Positions 51,637 to 64,000 of a stretch of DNA of 64,000 nt are shown here, piece after piece. How positions within the stretch are numbered: position 1 is the stretch's first letter; each line of letters opens with the position of its first letter. This DNA is from Podarcis pityusensis (taxonomy: Eukaryota): the NCBI GenBank assembly GCA_964106645.2, contig OZ067043.1; one strand, given 5' to 3'. The notes below the pieces were generated by a model. That model searched no databases and was not told the DNA's origin. It was given only the letters and a program-made list of their open reading frames with translations. The position numbers were made by a program, and so were the translations under genes.

Positions 51637-54600
51637 TTAAATGTCACATTTTGATTGCTCGCATACTGATGCTGGTGCATCTGAAGATGGCAGAGAAACA
51701 AGATTTGAGATGTCACTATCCACTGCCTCAAAAAGAGAGGCTTCTCTGCCAGACTGTGGGGGAGGGTTAACACTGAACAATAGTTTGGAAGACTCCGACC
51801 TAGTGGAAGGCATGTTCCTTTGAGTTTCATCTTCAACTTCCATATCTTCAGAGGAGATGCAGCTCATAAACATCTCTGAGGATCTACTATCTGAATGGTC
51901 TAAATTATGTGCCAAGATACCATCTACATTCTGGGCAACTTGCCCCCTGGGCTTTCCGAGTTCTACTTCCTTAGCAAAATTTACAGGGCAGTACCCATTT
52001 TCATCTTGGGGCTCCAGTCCATCAGAATAGTCCATTTCTTCCTCCTGCAGAAGAGGAGAAGGCGAGTCCTGCCTATGATGTTTGGCCTGAAAAGGAGGAA
52101 TCTCAGACACTCCATATTGACTGCTGCTCAGTAGCTTCTGCCGCACTTCAGCCCCCAGCTGGCTGGGATCGCATCTACTAATGGTTGAAGAGAGATCCCC
52201 AAATGTTCTATTATCTTTATGCACAAATTCAAGAGATCCTGGAAGTGATCTGCTCCGTCTTACAGGAAGGAAAGAGGAGTCCAGCCAGTCAGTGTTAGAA
52301 GTCTGCCGGAATGGGGTCTGGTTCATCTTTAGACATCCTTCTGCCTCCGGGGAGTGCAAGTCAAATACAAGTGATATCACAGATTTGCTTGGCAAATCAA
52401 AAAATTTGACCTTTCCACCTTTCAAGTCTTCCCTAGAATTGAAAGGGTTGACTTTCCGGTTTGCCCCTTTGCTTGGTGTATAGTAGGGGTCCTGAACATT
52501 TATCTTGCGGCAAGGTTTGCGAGAGAATATGTCTGACTGACTGCGCGATAGCCAGATATTGCGCCGTGGACGGGGTGATTTAGGTGGAATCTTGTCATCC
52601 AGTGAACTTAGCCTTTTTACTCCTTGTCCCCTCTCCAGTAAACCTAGAATGGAGAGAAAAAGAAAATCAGACTTAAAGGATGTTGCTAGTGACAGGATTA
52701 GAATGATACAGAAAAAGATCACCAGTGTACATATGACATTCTGTTCAGTCTTCCACAAAACCCCACACCTTGGAAATGTATGGACTCACATGGAATTCTG
52801 TATCAGTTGAGATCCAAATAATTTTTTATTCAGCTAAGTAGGAAGTAAAGGTCTAGTATAGAATATTAGTACTAATAAATAGTGTTTAAAGTAATCTAAG
52901 GATTGATATGATCCCTAACTCCTCATGTTCATCCAAAATCTTTTCTCTAAGTCAACATTTTACTGCTTTGAGCTTCATTCTGCATAGACCATTAGAGGGG
53001 AATGAAGTACCAATTGTTAAAGACTGAAGACAGAATAACAAGTCTTATCTCTATTACATGTGGGCAAGTATTTTCAAAGGCCAACATAACAGGAGATATA
53101 GCCTTCCCATTCTATTATTGTGCTCTGTGCACTAGCAGATTGTTCCCAAGAACAAGAGTTGAGGAGGACAGCCACCATTTCATGAGACTATAAGACAAAT
53201 TCATGCTACTAAAGGCTGATGTTTTCAACGTGAGGTTTCCTTAGAGCAAAGACACCCCTGTGCTTTGAAAGGTGAAGGCAAACAATAATACCTCCCTCTG
53301 GAAGTGAAGAGGTTATATTCCACATCAGCTTTGAAACAGCACATAGTCCAGTGCAGAAACTATGACACACAGCAGTTGGGCTTGGGGGTAAAATCTGTTA
53401 AATACATGTAAATAATGCATCACTAAATAGAGCAACTGCAAATATTAAGGTCAAGTGGAAAGTAGCTGTCCCAGCCATGTAACAGCTTCCTCTCAAAACT
53501 GAGAACAGGTACCCAAATTTTGGCTGCAATTTCTCTAAGCACACCAGGGGGCAGTGTGATGCTTTACAAGAAGGTACAATCCAATCCTAACACCAACGCT
53601 TCCTATGTTTTATTATGTTAAACATACATATTTCTGGGTACATTAAAGGATTTGCAATTAACCAGCACTGATACAGAAACCTTTTGAACAAGTTTCAGGG
53701 TCCACATGTATCTCCCAGATATGAAAGCGCTTCCTCATTTGCACAATGCCAAGTACAGCTCTCCTCACATGTCTCCAGTGCCCTTAATATTGCAAAGAAT
53801 GAAGAACTCAGTGTACTCTGGATCAAGCTGACAGCGGCTATCACTGTTCAAATGAAGGCACTTTTCCGTACAGTCCTCAATCCTTATTGTGTGGGGTAAT
53901 GACACCTATGGCCCAAAACAATGTATCCAGTCCCTAGATTCATTTCACTCGCAGTTTCCACAAACCAACTTGCAGCAGTAGTCTTCAAAGCTGCAAGAAT
54001 TCAAACTGATCTGATATAGTCTCTAGGAAATACTTTGCAATAAGTCAGCCTCTGGTTAAAGGTCAGACATCCCAAGCCAACAAGGAAGAGCTTAATTTGG
54101 ATGAAGTTCCTGGAATCTGTTTCACAAGGGCACAGCAGACACCAGGAGCCTTGTTTGCTTCTAAAATTAGATATTTAAACTCCAAAAGTGCAAGCTACAG
54201 AAAAAGCTACTAACAGCTAGTAGTTACTTATGTAACAGTTTCCTTTTGAGGTCTATATAGTTAGAATTTGGGTACCTACGGAGCAGGGCTTTAGAAAAAG
54301 TGGGAAGTAAGAATAAAAAAGATGAACGATAAAAGTTTACATCATATTCAAATAAAATGTTCCCTTTGAAAAATAAAATAAGAGGACTAATGTCAAGCAA
54401 CAAAGCATTTGTGAGAACTGGTCTTCATCTGTCATAGCCTATGATGCATAAAAAATGGGTGTCTCAGAAATGATATTAGGGTATGGGGGAAAGTTTGTTC
54501 TCAAAGTGGCACCTCCTCTGATCCTGCAAGGATTAAGACACCAAACAAAGGATTATTTTACTCCACTAGTCAAGTTGACCCTTAATGACATTTAAGCAGA

Positions 54601-57600
54601 GCAATTCTAATTCACATTTACACATGGGGCGTGGCAGAGAGAAGACAAGACAACATCCTGGAGATCCACTTGCAGAGTGTCCATCATACCAACTGTCCTG
54701 CTACTGCCACTGCAAACAGAGCAGCTTCCTTTTCTCTCCCCAACCTGAACTGACAGAGCTGGGACAGAGTTGTACCTTTTCCATAGGCCTGTCTGGGGAA
54801 AAGGGGCTTTGGCACACACCTTGTTTCCCCAACGCAACATCAATATTGAATTTCGTGATAATGCAGCTCAAGTCAAGTTTTCTTATTTAGAAATAAAAGT
54901 ATTATTTCTGGTTTACATTCCCCATCAAAAATTCAAGAAAGGAACCCTCACTATAATACAATTTTTGTTATTCTTGCTTAGTAAATCAGAGCAGCTTTGT
55001 GCTCATTCCCCTTGATCCCTACCTTTGGAAACTGAGATGGGTTTTCGATCTGTGCTGTCCAGATTTAGGAGCTTTCTTTCTCTTTCAGCCTCCTCACTTT
55101 TCAAATTCCCTAGAATTTCCTCCAGTGTCTTGACAATGTCAGCAAATGAAGGACGTAATTTTGGGTCCATCTATTAACAAAATAAGTGACAAGATACATC
55201 AGAGCTTAGTCATGAAGAAAAATCTGTACACATAGCACTATGTTACAAAAACATGATTTTATTGGTTTTTTATAAATTAATTCTCACAATACCTACAGGC
55301 ATATTGTTATGTTACATGGAAGAAAGATTAACTGATGTTTCATTTTGACAAAGCCATACATCTAAAGCAATGTGGAGCAGAGGAACTATAACTTTTAAAA
55401 TATCCTCTTTGCTTTAAAATATCCTATTTGCATTCCAGAAATCTAACATTAGATTGTATAGATGCCCTCTCCTCCAAGTCCCTCATGAACCATTTATTCA
55501 AGGTACCAGAGGCCTCAGTGTACTGATGTTTTGTTTTAGGAAATATGCTCATTCCATTCTTTTCCTTTAAATATACTCACATTGCAGCAGTTGAAGGCCA
55601 ACTGGAGGAAGTTAGGGGGACAATCTCCCACCATGTGCTGGAAAGCATCATAATCCAACCCAAAATTCTGCAAGTAGAGGTGGAAAAAGAAAAGGAAGGG
55701 AAAAGTTAACAATTGAGGCACAAGAGAGATACGGGGAGGAAACATGTGCTAGACGAGGAAATGAGGAAATCATGAAGACAGTGTTACAAGGCAAAGCATG
55801 AAAGGGAATTACAGATAATAATTCTCTACTTAAGCAATACAATGAATTACATATATAGGTTATTCCCCATACAAGCAACACACCAAATCACATCTATTAG
55901 TGCTCTAACGCAAATGCAAGGTTCCTATGTAGATATGAGCAATGGCAAGGGGAAAGGGTAATTTCTTCTTGTCTCAGTTTGTGCCTTGATCTTGTATGGA
56001 CACTGAGGTACACCTACTGTCTCCTAAACATTCTGCCATATGAGCTGAATTCATCAGCTCATATAACCTGACATTCCTAACTGTACAATGTTTAGCCATC
56101 TACAGCTTAAAATGCATAAATAAACTGCATAACGTATCTGTGATGAAGTAGGAAAACTTTCAACTTGCATCATAATCCATCTAGTTTTGCAATAACTTTG
56201 GCATGGACTACTTTAAGAGTTGGTAATTTCATAAGTTCTCTCCAAGGCAAGATGACTGCCTCAAAATCCCCCCTTCTCTTGCAAAGAGAAGACATTTTCT
56301 ACACTTTCAGTTTGAGAATATTTCATAGGAAGCTGTCTTAAGCCAGGTCAGGCTACTTGCAATTTGGCCAAGCATCATCTACTTCAGCTAGCAGCAATTC
56401 TCAAGTGTCACCTGCAGAGGTCTATCACATCAGTGCCTACCAAGTCTTTTTAACTGGAGATGCTTGGGGTTGAACCTGGAACTTTCTGCATAGGTAGGGT
56501 AGGACATGACAACTTCTCTCTTATCCTGCTCACTGAGGTAGTGAGGCAACTCGCCAATACCAAAATGTATTTCTAATTTAGAAGAGAAGGATTCCTATGC
56601 AGATAGTCCTCTTTCAGTGAATAAGGTACCATCAATAACCTGCTTTGGGTTATACCAGTCAGATATTATAGAAGCTCATGACTAATTCCTGATATAGCAC
56701 TCACCTGCAAAGTATAATTATGTGCTTTAAATGGGGAAGGAGTGGAGAGAAGGGGTTATTGCCAGTCTCAGCCTGCTACTGTAGCAGAGGATGAATGCTT
56801 TCTTAGAAGACTTATATAGCGGTCATTCATCATGTGTTCAGCAACTCTGCAAACATTAATGACCCAGCGAAATTCTTGAGGATTCTTCCCTTTCCAGTCC
56901 TTGTTAATGCACTCTGCTTACCTCTGTGCGAGGGAGATAGTCTGGATCTGCCTGGATCCTTGCTATAATCTCACAAAGAATGATGCCATACGAGAATACA
57001 TCCGCCTGAGGAGGGGTGGAGGGGGAGAAAGAAAACATGACCACAACTTTATTACAAGCACTCCTATGCTGCCTGATCTGGTAGGGTCTCCCGTCCCCAT
57101 TCACATGCCAAAAGTGTTGTCTATGGTGTTCACGTTTTTTACTTTCCAACATTTGCCAAAGTTCTAGGTCAAGCAATTAAAACCTAGGCCTGCAGAGTGG
57201 CAGTCTCACTTCCTTCTCCTAAGGGATAATGCATAAAAGCACGTTCATTGAACAGGTATCTTAGGACCCAGAGATGTACCTGTAAACAGGGCTCAATGTG
57301 GACTTTTCAACTTTGAGGTGATCTCCGCTTCCCCATCTCTGCTGCTCAATGCATGTGTGCAAGCCCCAGATCAAGGTCCAATTGGCTGTTTCCCTTTCCC
57401 TTCCATGCTTCAGGTAGGCTGCCCAATTTGTATTGTTATATGATCAAGTGTATATTTACTACACTTTTTAAAAAAATGGCTAACCTTTATTGACTCTTAA
57501 AACTGCTCTGAGAAGATGTGACTGTGGTTGAGGCCAGCTAATCAGTACTGTGCAAAACTGGCTTTTGTTGCAAACCAGAAGAACATATTCAAGCTCAGTC

Positions 57601-60111
57601 TGGGAGAGCCTGGACAAAAATGTGGTGTGCTAAAAAATAATGTACATCTAATGTACATGTATCCCACTGCCCACTCCAAACAAGGAAAATCAGAAAATGT
57701 TGCAGTATTAATTGGGAGAGAGAGCTCATCCAAACAATTACCAAATGTATTTAGAGCTATAGAAAATACTACTCACAGGAAAGAGAAAGAACATAACACA
57801 TTGCTGTGCAATATTCAAAACAAAACAGCATGTGTATGACTAGAGAAAACAACCTCCCTTATAGCATATCATACCTATCATATGAGATAATTCAGCTAGG
57901 TACTTGCAGGCACAGGGTTTCATATGATTTATGCTGTGCTGCTTTTTACTTGCTTATCTAGAAGCATTTATTGCCATAATAAAAATGTAAAGGTTGAGAA
58001 ACCCATTTTTTGCTACTCTGAAAATTAAGAAAAACAGAAACCTTGGATATTTATTCCACTTAATGAAATAAAAAGTGCTGTTGTTCCATTCAAATGGGAT
58101 CTATAGTAATCCACAGAACTCTGAAATCATGTTCAGGAAGGAGCAGATTCCAATTGAATTTTCTACGTAGGACCCATTCAGCTAAACGTATTAATTACTA
58201 TCATGTTAGAACAGCTTTAAAGCTACAGATGCTCACAAGTCCCCCACCCCCAACTATGCCAGGCAACCAGCAACCCAGTATCTATTAACTAATGTATAAT
58301 TAAAGAAGACCAACCTTTTCATTATATGGCTCATCTCTCAGCACTTCAGGTGCCATCCAGTAAGGAGAGCCCACCACTGGTAGTTTCTCACTTTAAACAT
58401 TTAAAGAGAGGTGGTTAGAAGCTGGCAAATTAAGCATTTCTTTGTAACTCCTTTCACTTTCAGCATGGGAACAAGTACAAGCTGTTCTCTTGCCATTCAT
58501 ATTGATTCTATTTGTCTGGACAACAGAAGGTGATGGAGAGAGCAGAGGTGAAGTGTGAAGCGGCCAGAGTACCACTGCAAGCCAAAAGAGCTTCTGTCCT
58601 TTCTTCTGAAAGGCCTCTTCATATTCTAGGCTCTTTAGAGCAAGTCTTCAGATATCATTAACAGGCAACAGTTGACACTTCAGAACACCATTCAGTAGCA
58701 GATAATTTTTATCTTGAACAAAATATCCCATGACAAATCAGACTATTCAGAAGTTTCTCCCTAGACAATTCAGAAAAGTATTCTACTTAGGAAGCATGAT
58801 GGGACGCTTCCTGGAAATTGAAATAATTCATTTCCATATTTATAGAGCAGCTGTGTTGAGTCAGTACATTTTTTAGTTAATTTTGTTTCACCCAAACTGT
58901 TCTAGTTCAGTTCATTAATGGATCACTTATCCAATGGGAAGAATATGACAATACTGATTTGCATAACTGCTTGAAGCATGTTCAGGGTCAAAATAGTCAC
59001 TAAAATAGTAATTTTACAGAACCCCACTTATTAGTATTCATGGTACTTTACACAGCAGTTAAACCATTTTGATATCTTTTTTTAAAAAGAAAATGAAAAA
59101 CAGGAAGGCAAGGAGAAAGGTTTCTAAGTGGCTTGATGATATCTGAAAGAACTGTATGGAACTTTCAGGAACTGATTTCAGTGTGAGAACTCAAATGCGG
59201 ATCGTGTAAAGGAAGATATACCTGAGCATGTGCAAAGTACTTATATTCATCACTGAGCAAACATATACTGCAGCAAACACTGAGGATCAAAAGGTGCATG
59301 TCAAGGTGAGCACCAACATCTATCTTTTTTAGGAGATGACCTCATTTAGCCACTATGCAAACTCCTGGTAAAAACTCCCAGAGCAACTTCAGTCTTACGT
59401 CTATTGCAGCTAAAACAAAGAGGCTTATAGCACCTTAAAATCTAACCAATTTATTATGGCATAAGCTTTCATGGTCTGGAGTCCATTTCATAAGTTGCTG
59501 CTGGGACTGTTATCCTCACTTGACAGATACATATACACACTGGGGCATACAAGAGAGAAAATATAAATAGGTGGGCTAAAAAAAGCCAATAATTGCAAAC
59601 AGGTGGAATACAGTCCTGTTCTTCTTCAGCTTCAGTTTTGCAGGTTGCTGCTGATCTGAAAGCTGCCACTCTCTATTAGAAGAAATTCAAAAAGAAATCT
59701 AGCATGAAATAGAAGAATTAGAACTAATAACTATATTTGATTTTGTTTGCCCTGTTTGGCAAGTTTAATTCTGTTTGTATATACAAAATGGTTCTCTCTC
59801 CCACTACAGGTATTAGCAATGAGAAGTTGATTCTGTTAAATAACTTATAACCAATACCTGCTGCTGTGAATGGTCACTACTTGTTTGACAGATTAAAAGC
59901 TTTACTGAATTTTCAGACAGTACCTTTAAATTTCTTTGCCATTTTATTCCCACAGCTGAGGATTTCCCCCATATTTTATGTTTGCAGTAATATTCCTCAT
60001 TTTGATTCATGCTGACAATGCTACTTACCTGAAGTCGGGGATTTTCTCTGCTAAGCCAAAGTCACCAACTATAGCAGAATATCCATTCTCATCATGCTTT
60101 ATCAAACAGTT
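51637..60111 (-). CDS. TESK2: Dual-specificity testis-specific kinase 2, 3' six coding exons (5' exons lie beyond the window)
   Basis: Exons 60111-60029 ([25 protein letters not shown]), 58390-58315 ([21 protein letters not shown]), 57005-56922 ([28 protein letters not shown]), 55667-55581 ([18 protein letters not shown]), 55170-55023 (MDPKLRPSF), 52643-51637 ([35 protein letters not shown]...RRSRSLP); phases consistent; synteny with TOE1. Confidence 0.95.
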
Positions 60112-62924
60112 CTGAATGAAAAGAAGAGGGGAATTAGTGTGGTCCACATTTGAATCCCACCATTAAAAACTTAAAACTAGGAAGCAATGCAAGAAAGAGT
60201 GTGTTGTTATATGGTATCCCACCATCAGAAGCGATCTCGAGACAGCTCACAAAATTAAATATACAATCAACTAACAAACCATTAATCATAGTAATTAATC
60301 CATCTGTCAGGTATTACAAGGAACACCTCTCATTGTAATGCAGGCACATGCACCACAAATTTAAGAGGCCTGGCTGAAGAGAAAAGTCATTAGCTGGTGC
60401 ATAAATATAGACAAGTATGAACCAGGTGAAGTTCTGAGGGGAGTGAATGTACCACAAATGGAGTGCTCTTGCCAAGACCCTCTGGTGCGTCATCTTGTGA
60501 CTTCAGTCAGCAATGGCACTGCCAGAGGAGCCTCCAACCACAAAGCCTGGCCAGAACAATATGGGGTGTTTCTTCAGATAATCAGGCCCCTATTGTGCCA
60601 TTTAGGGGTTTGTGTGTCAGAAATAAAACTCTGAAATTGGCCTGGTGGCCAATAGGCAGCCAAGTGTATGTATTTGAGGACTAGTTATACAGTCCTAGGC
60701 AGATATACCTACTAAAACTCTGGCTTCTGCAATCTCCAGATATGACTGATCTGAAGATCAGCCAAAGCTACTGCTCATTTTTTTTAGCAATCTGTTCTGG
60801 TTTACTATACAGTTTGACTGGGAAAAAGAATGTCCACCCCAATTCTAAATATGCAACAGTTACCTGAATAATTACCCAATAGCACAGGAACATTTGGGAG
60901 GCTAGAGAAACTAGGAGTGCGATTCTATGCTTGCTGAGTCAGACGTAAGCTGCATTACATTCAGGAGGCTTACTCCCAGGTAAGTATGTATTGGATTGCA
61001 GCCTAAGGCTCCACTCTTAAACATGCTTATTAGGGAGCAATCCCCCTTGAACACAGTAGGAATTCTCAACAAGTATACAACCGCACCATAAGGCTGGAAA
61101 TTCTATTCACATTTGGGAACAAATCATACTGAACCCAGCAAGATTTCTGAGCAAACACATCTAGGAATGAGTTCCAAGCAGAACAAGGAACAAATATGAT
61201 ACATTGGGCTCTTGTGCTGTTTGATATCTTTAAGCGAAATCATTGCTAGATTCAGTTCATGGATTATTACTACTATGAATTATAATTTATAGGTTTACAC
61301 TGCATTTAGGCTGTAGTTTAAGCACTGTGTTAATTCCTTTCTCCCCCCCCCCCCCTTTTTACTGATTTTAAGATCTCAGGTAGAACATTTGATATTTCAA
61401 TTCAGAACATGTTTGGGATTTTGCTTTTTAAAATAGATCACTACATACATTTAATCTATTTTAAAATTAAAAAATAACTTGCTTCCAATGTCTGCAAGCC
61501 ACTGTCAAGTCTCACTTAGCCAAAATTTTGTAGGTTAACTAGGACTGTGAACTGTAGTCTTTAATGGATTTGGAGAGCAATGACCACATCATTACAATGA
61601 TACTTAACTGTCAAAGACAAGGAGCAGATGGGGGAAATTAAGCATTCTGGTCTGTGTACTGTTCTCTCTAATGTACTGATGCCTCTGGCACTGGCCACTG
61701 TTAGCCTTTCATTATAAAATGAAAGTATAGTAAAGTTATGTTCTGTTTTAGTTTTGTCCAGTTTAATTTCTTGCACAACTGCATCGCCCACTGTGCGTAA
61801 CACACACATCCATGTTAACAGCAGGCAGCAGTGACTTTATGGACTTCTCTTGAGTTGTAACCTGCAAAACCAGCAAATAAATTCAGGTACTTGCCTGCTC
61901 ATAAAAAGAGCAGATAGGAAAGGGGAGGGGGAGGGGGAGGAAGGGAGAGGTCTCAGATCTTCATTGTACTTCTCTCATGGACACACAGAGATTCCTGTTT
62001 GATTCCTAGGTCCCAATTAATATTTATTTTATTTTAACCTGGATCAGTTATAGCACACACAGCTCACTTTGAGTTTTAAAAAATTGCACAAGGTCAACTA
62101 AATCAGGCCAACACAACACACACTAAAGCTTCTCAATTATGGCCTTTGTTATCTCTCGTCAAAGAATGCATTCATTCAGCTTGCTTGTGGTAAACTATTT
62201 GTTCACTGCAAAATGCAGCTAAATCCTAGAGGGATAACATTAATCATACAGCAATGTTAAAACCACGATGAAAATTCAGCAGTTGGTGTAGAAGTAACCA
62301 TATGTTGGGCAGCAGCCATTTGATAATGCTAGGGTTCTTTTTCGGTGCTTCATATGGCAAGTAATTTTTCTACCTACTTAAGAAGCTTTTAGTATAATAC
62401 AATGAAATTAAGCTTTCTCTTACAGTTTATGAACTTTCAAACTATATGCCCTGAATACAGAGTTGTATTTCTCAAAAAAAAATATGTTGCTGATCAGTGA
62501 GTGGTTGCTATTCATTTGTTTTCCTGCATTAGCCTTCAATATTTTGTTCCTTAAATGTAAACAATGCATGGGAGGCATATCTTATTGTCCAAACTTTTAC
62601 AAGTATTCCAATAAGAATAACTGCTTTGAATTTGTTTGAACATAGCTTCATGTCAAACTCTGCTTGAGATACCCTTTTCAATCATTATGGCACCCACCCA
62701 CAGTTTGTCTCCTAACCTCATTCCTATTCATTATCTCGCTCAAAGCTTCCCTTTTCCTGTTCTCTCTAAATTTGCTGCCCCTTCACCCCAATAACTATAC
62801 CTTACTGTAACTAAGTCAAAGTGTGTGTAATTGAAACCACCATGTTCTTCTCTGCCTGCATTTCCCTCCCACTTCCTCTGTTTTTCCTGTGTTTATTTTA
62901 GAATGCTATTTGCAAAGCATCGTG

Positions 62925-63155
62925 TTTTACCTGAACCAGTGGGTTCAAATTACAAGAAAGGAGATTCCAACTAACCATTAGGCAGAACTTTCTGACAGTA
63001 AGAGCTGTTCAACAGTGGAAAGGCACTATATTAGAAGGGAAAGGGACTCTCTTTCATTGGAAGTGTTTAAATCTACCTGTCAGCTATTTTTTAGCTGCAA
63101 TTCCTGCATTTGCAGGACTAGGTGATCCTTTGGGTCTCTTTCAACTCTACAGATC
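62925..63155 (+). mobile_element. CR1 LINE 3' end fragment
   Basis: TGGGTTCAAATTACAAGAAAGGAGATTCCAACTAA...AACTTTCTGACAGTAAGAGCTGTTCAACAGTGGAA, ending in a CAACTCTAC/ATCTAT tail. Confidence 0.75.
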
Positions 63156-64000
63156 TATAATCTATGTGTACATAGGTAAGTCCCATATAGATATTTTTTT
63201 TTTAAACCCCAATTTTAAGCCATATTAATTGTGCTTTATTTAGTTTCTTCTCTAATCAAATTTCAGTTCAAATACTAATATGTATTGAGACCCAAATTAA
63301 CACGGGCAATCTGCTAAATCAGATAACACTACAAGGACATCAGAAAATTATTCCAGAAAACCCACATCACTGATTAGCCAAGCTGTGCTCTACAAGGCAA
63401 CTGTGGGTAATTCTTATAGATATGTCTCTGGATTGAGCTTCACAGAAGGTCTCTGGGAAACTTTTTAATTATATTTATTTTGATAAAGAGAAGGCAATCA
63501 GACTGGGAACCAATGGTGACATTCACTCAGAATACTCACTGTCAACTATAACATCCCTGAAAATAAGTATTTATAATGAATTTAATTCTTGGTTAGTAGT
63601 AAGGAGTGACAGTCTAGCAATAGGTTTTGGATGGAATTGTATTCCCCTTGAGGAAAAAAAAAAATCAGGTTTGCTACCATACTGTTTTCAGGCAAAATTC
63701 AAAGTCATTGTCTTTAAAACCCTATATGTTTCAGTCCAGGATATTTAAAGGACTGCCACCTGCCCTACTTTAATCTTGCCTGTCCACTGAGGTCAATGAG
63801 AGAGGCGCTTTTTGTATGTCCAATCACCCATCACCATCTGAAACATGGTGGTTGGGACTAGCACTGCTCTATTTATCTAGCCCAGTACCCTCTACCCTGA
63901 CTGGTCTTGCACAGAGGCTTTTCACAGGCTGGAGGTGCCAAGGATTGAACATGGAATATTTCTGTATGCAAATATTGCACTCCACCACTGAGCTATGGCC

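Overview
Vertebrate genomic DNA, most likely from a lacertid-type lizard (Sauria SINE plus squamate-type MITEs; inferred, not database-checked). It carries the conserved block SELENOP2(-) / HPDL(+) / MUTYH(-) / TOE1(+) / TESK2(-, 3' part only). I reconstructed the exon structures by hand from GT-AG sites and reading phase. The ORF track misses the selenoprotein P2 (SelPb) gene because an in-frame UGA (12440-12442, in a U-Q-F-C motif) is read as stop; a canonical SECIS hairpin lies in its 3' UTR (8646-8686). About 5.5-7 kb downstream is a decayed tandem copy of SELENOP2: a frameshifted exon-3 copy at 3664-3782, an exon-4 copy at about 3325-3505 with an intact in-phase acceptor, and a possible dead SECIS near 2880. 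Other notable items are a 1.15-kb L1-type non-autonomous retroelement nested in a MITE, a perfect hairpin that sequesters a consensus U1 site just 3' of TOE1, a TOE1 uORF, the MUTYH/TOE1 bidirectional promoter, and many young TE insertions with readable target-site duplications (TSDs).
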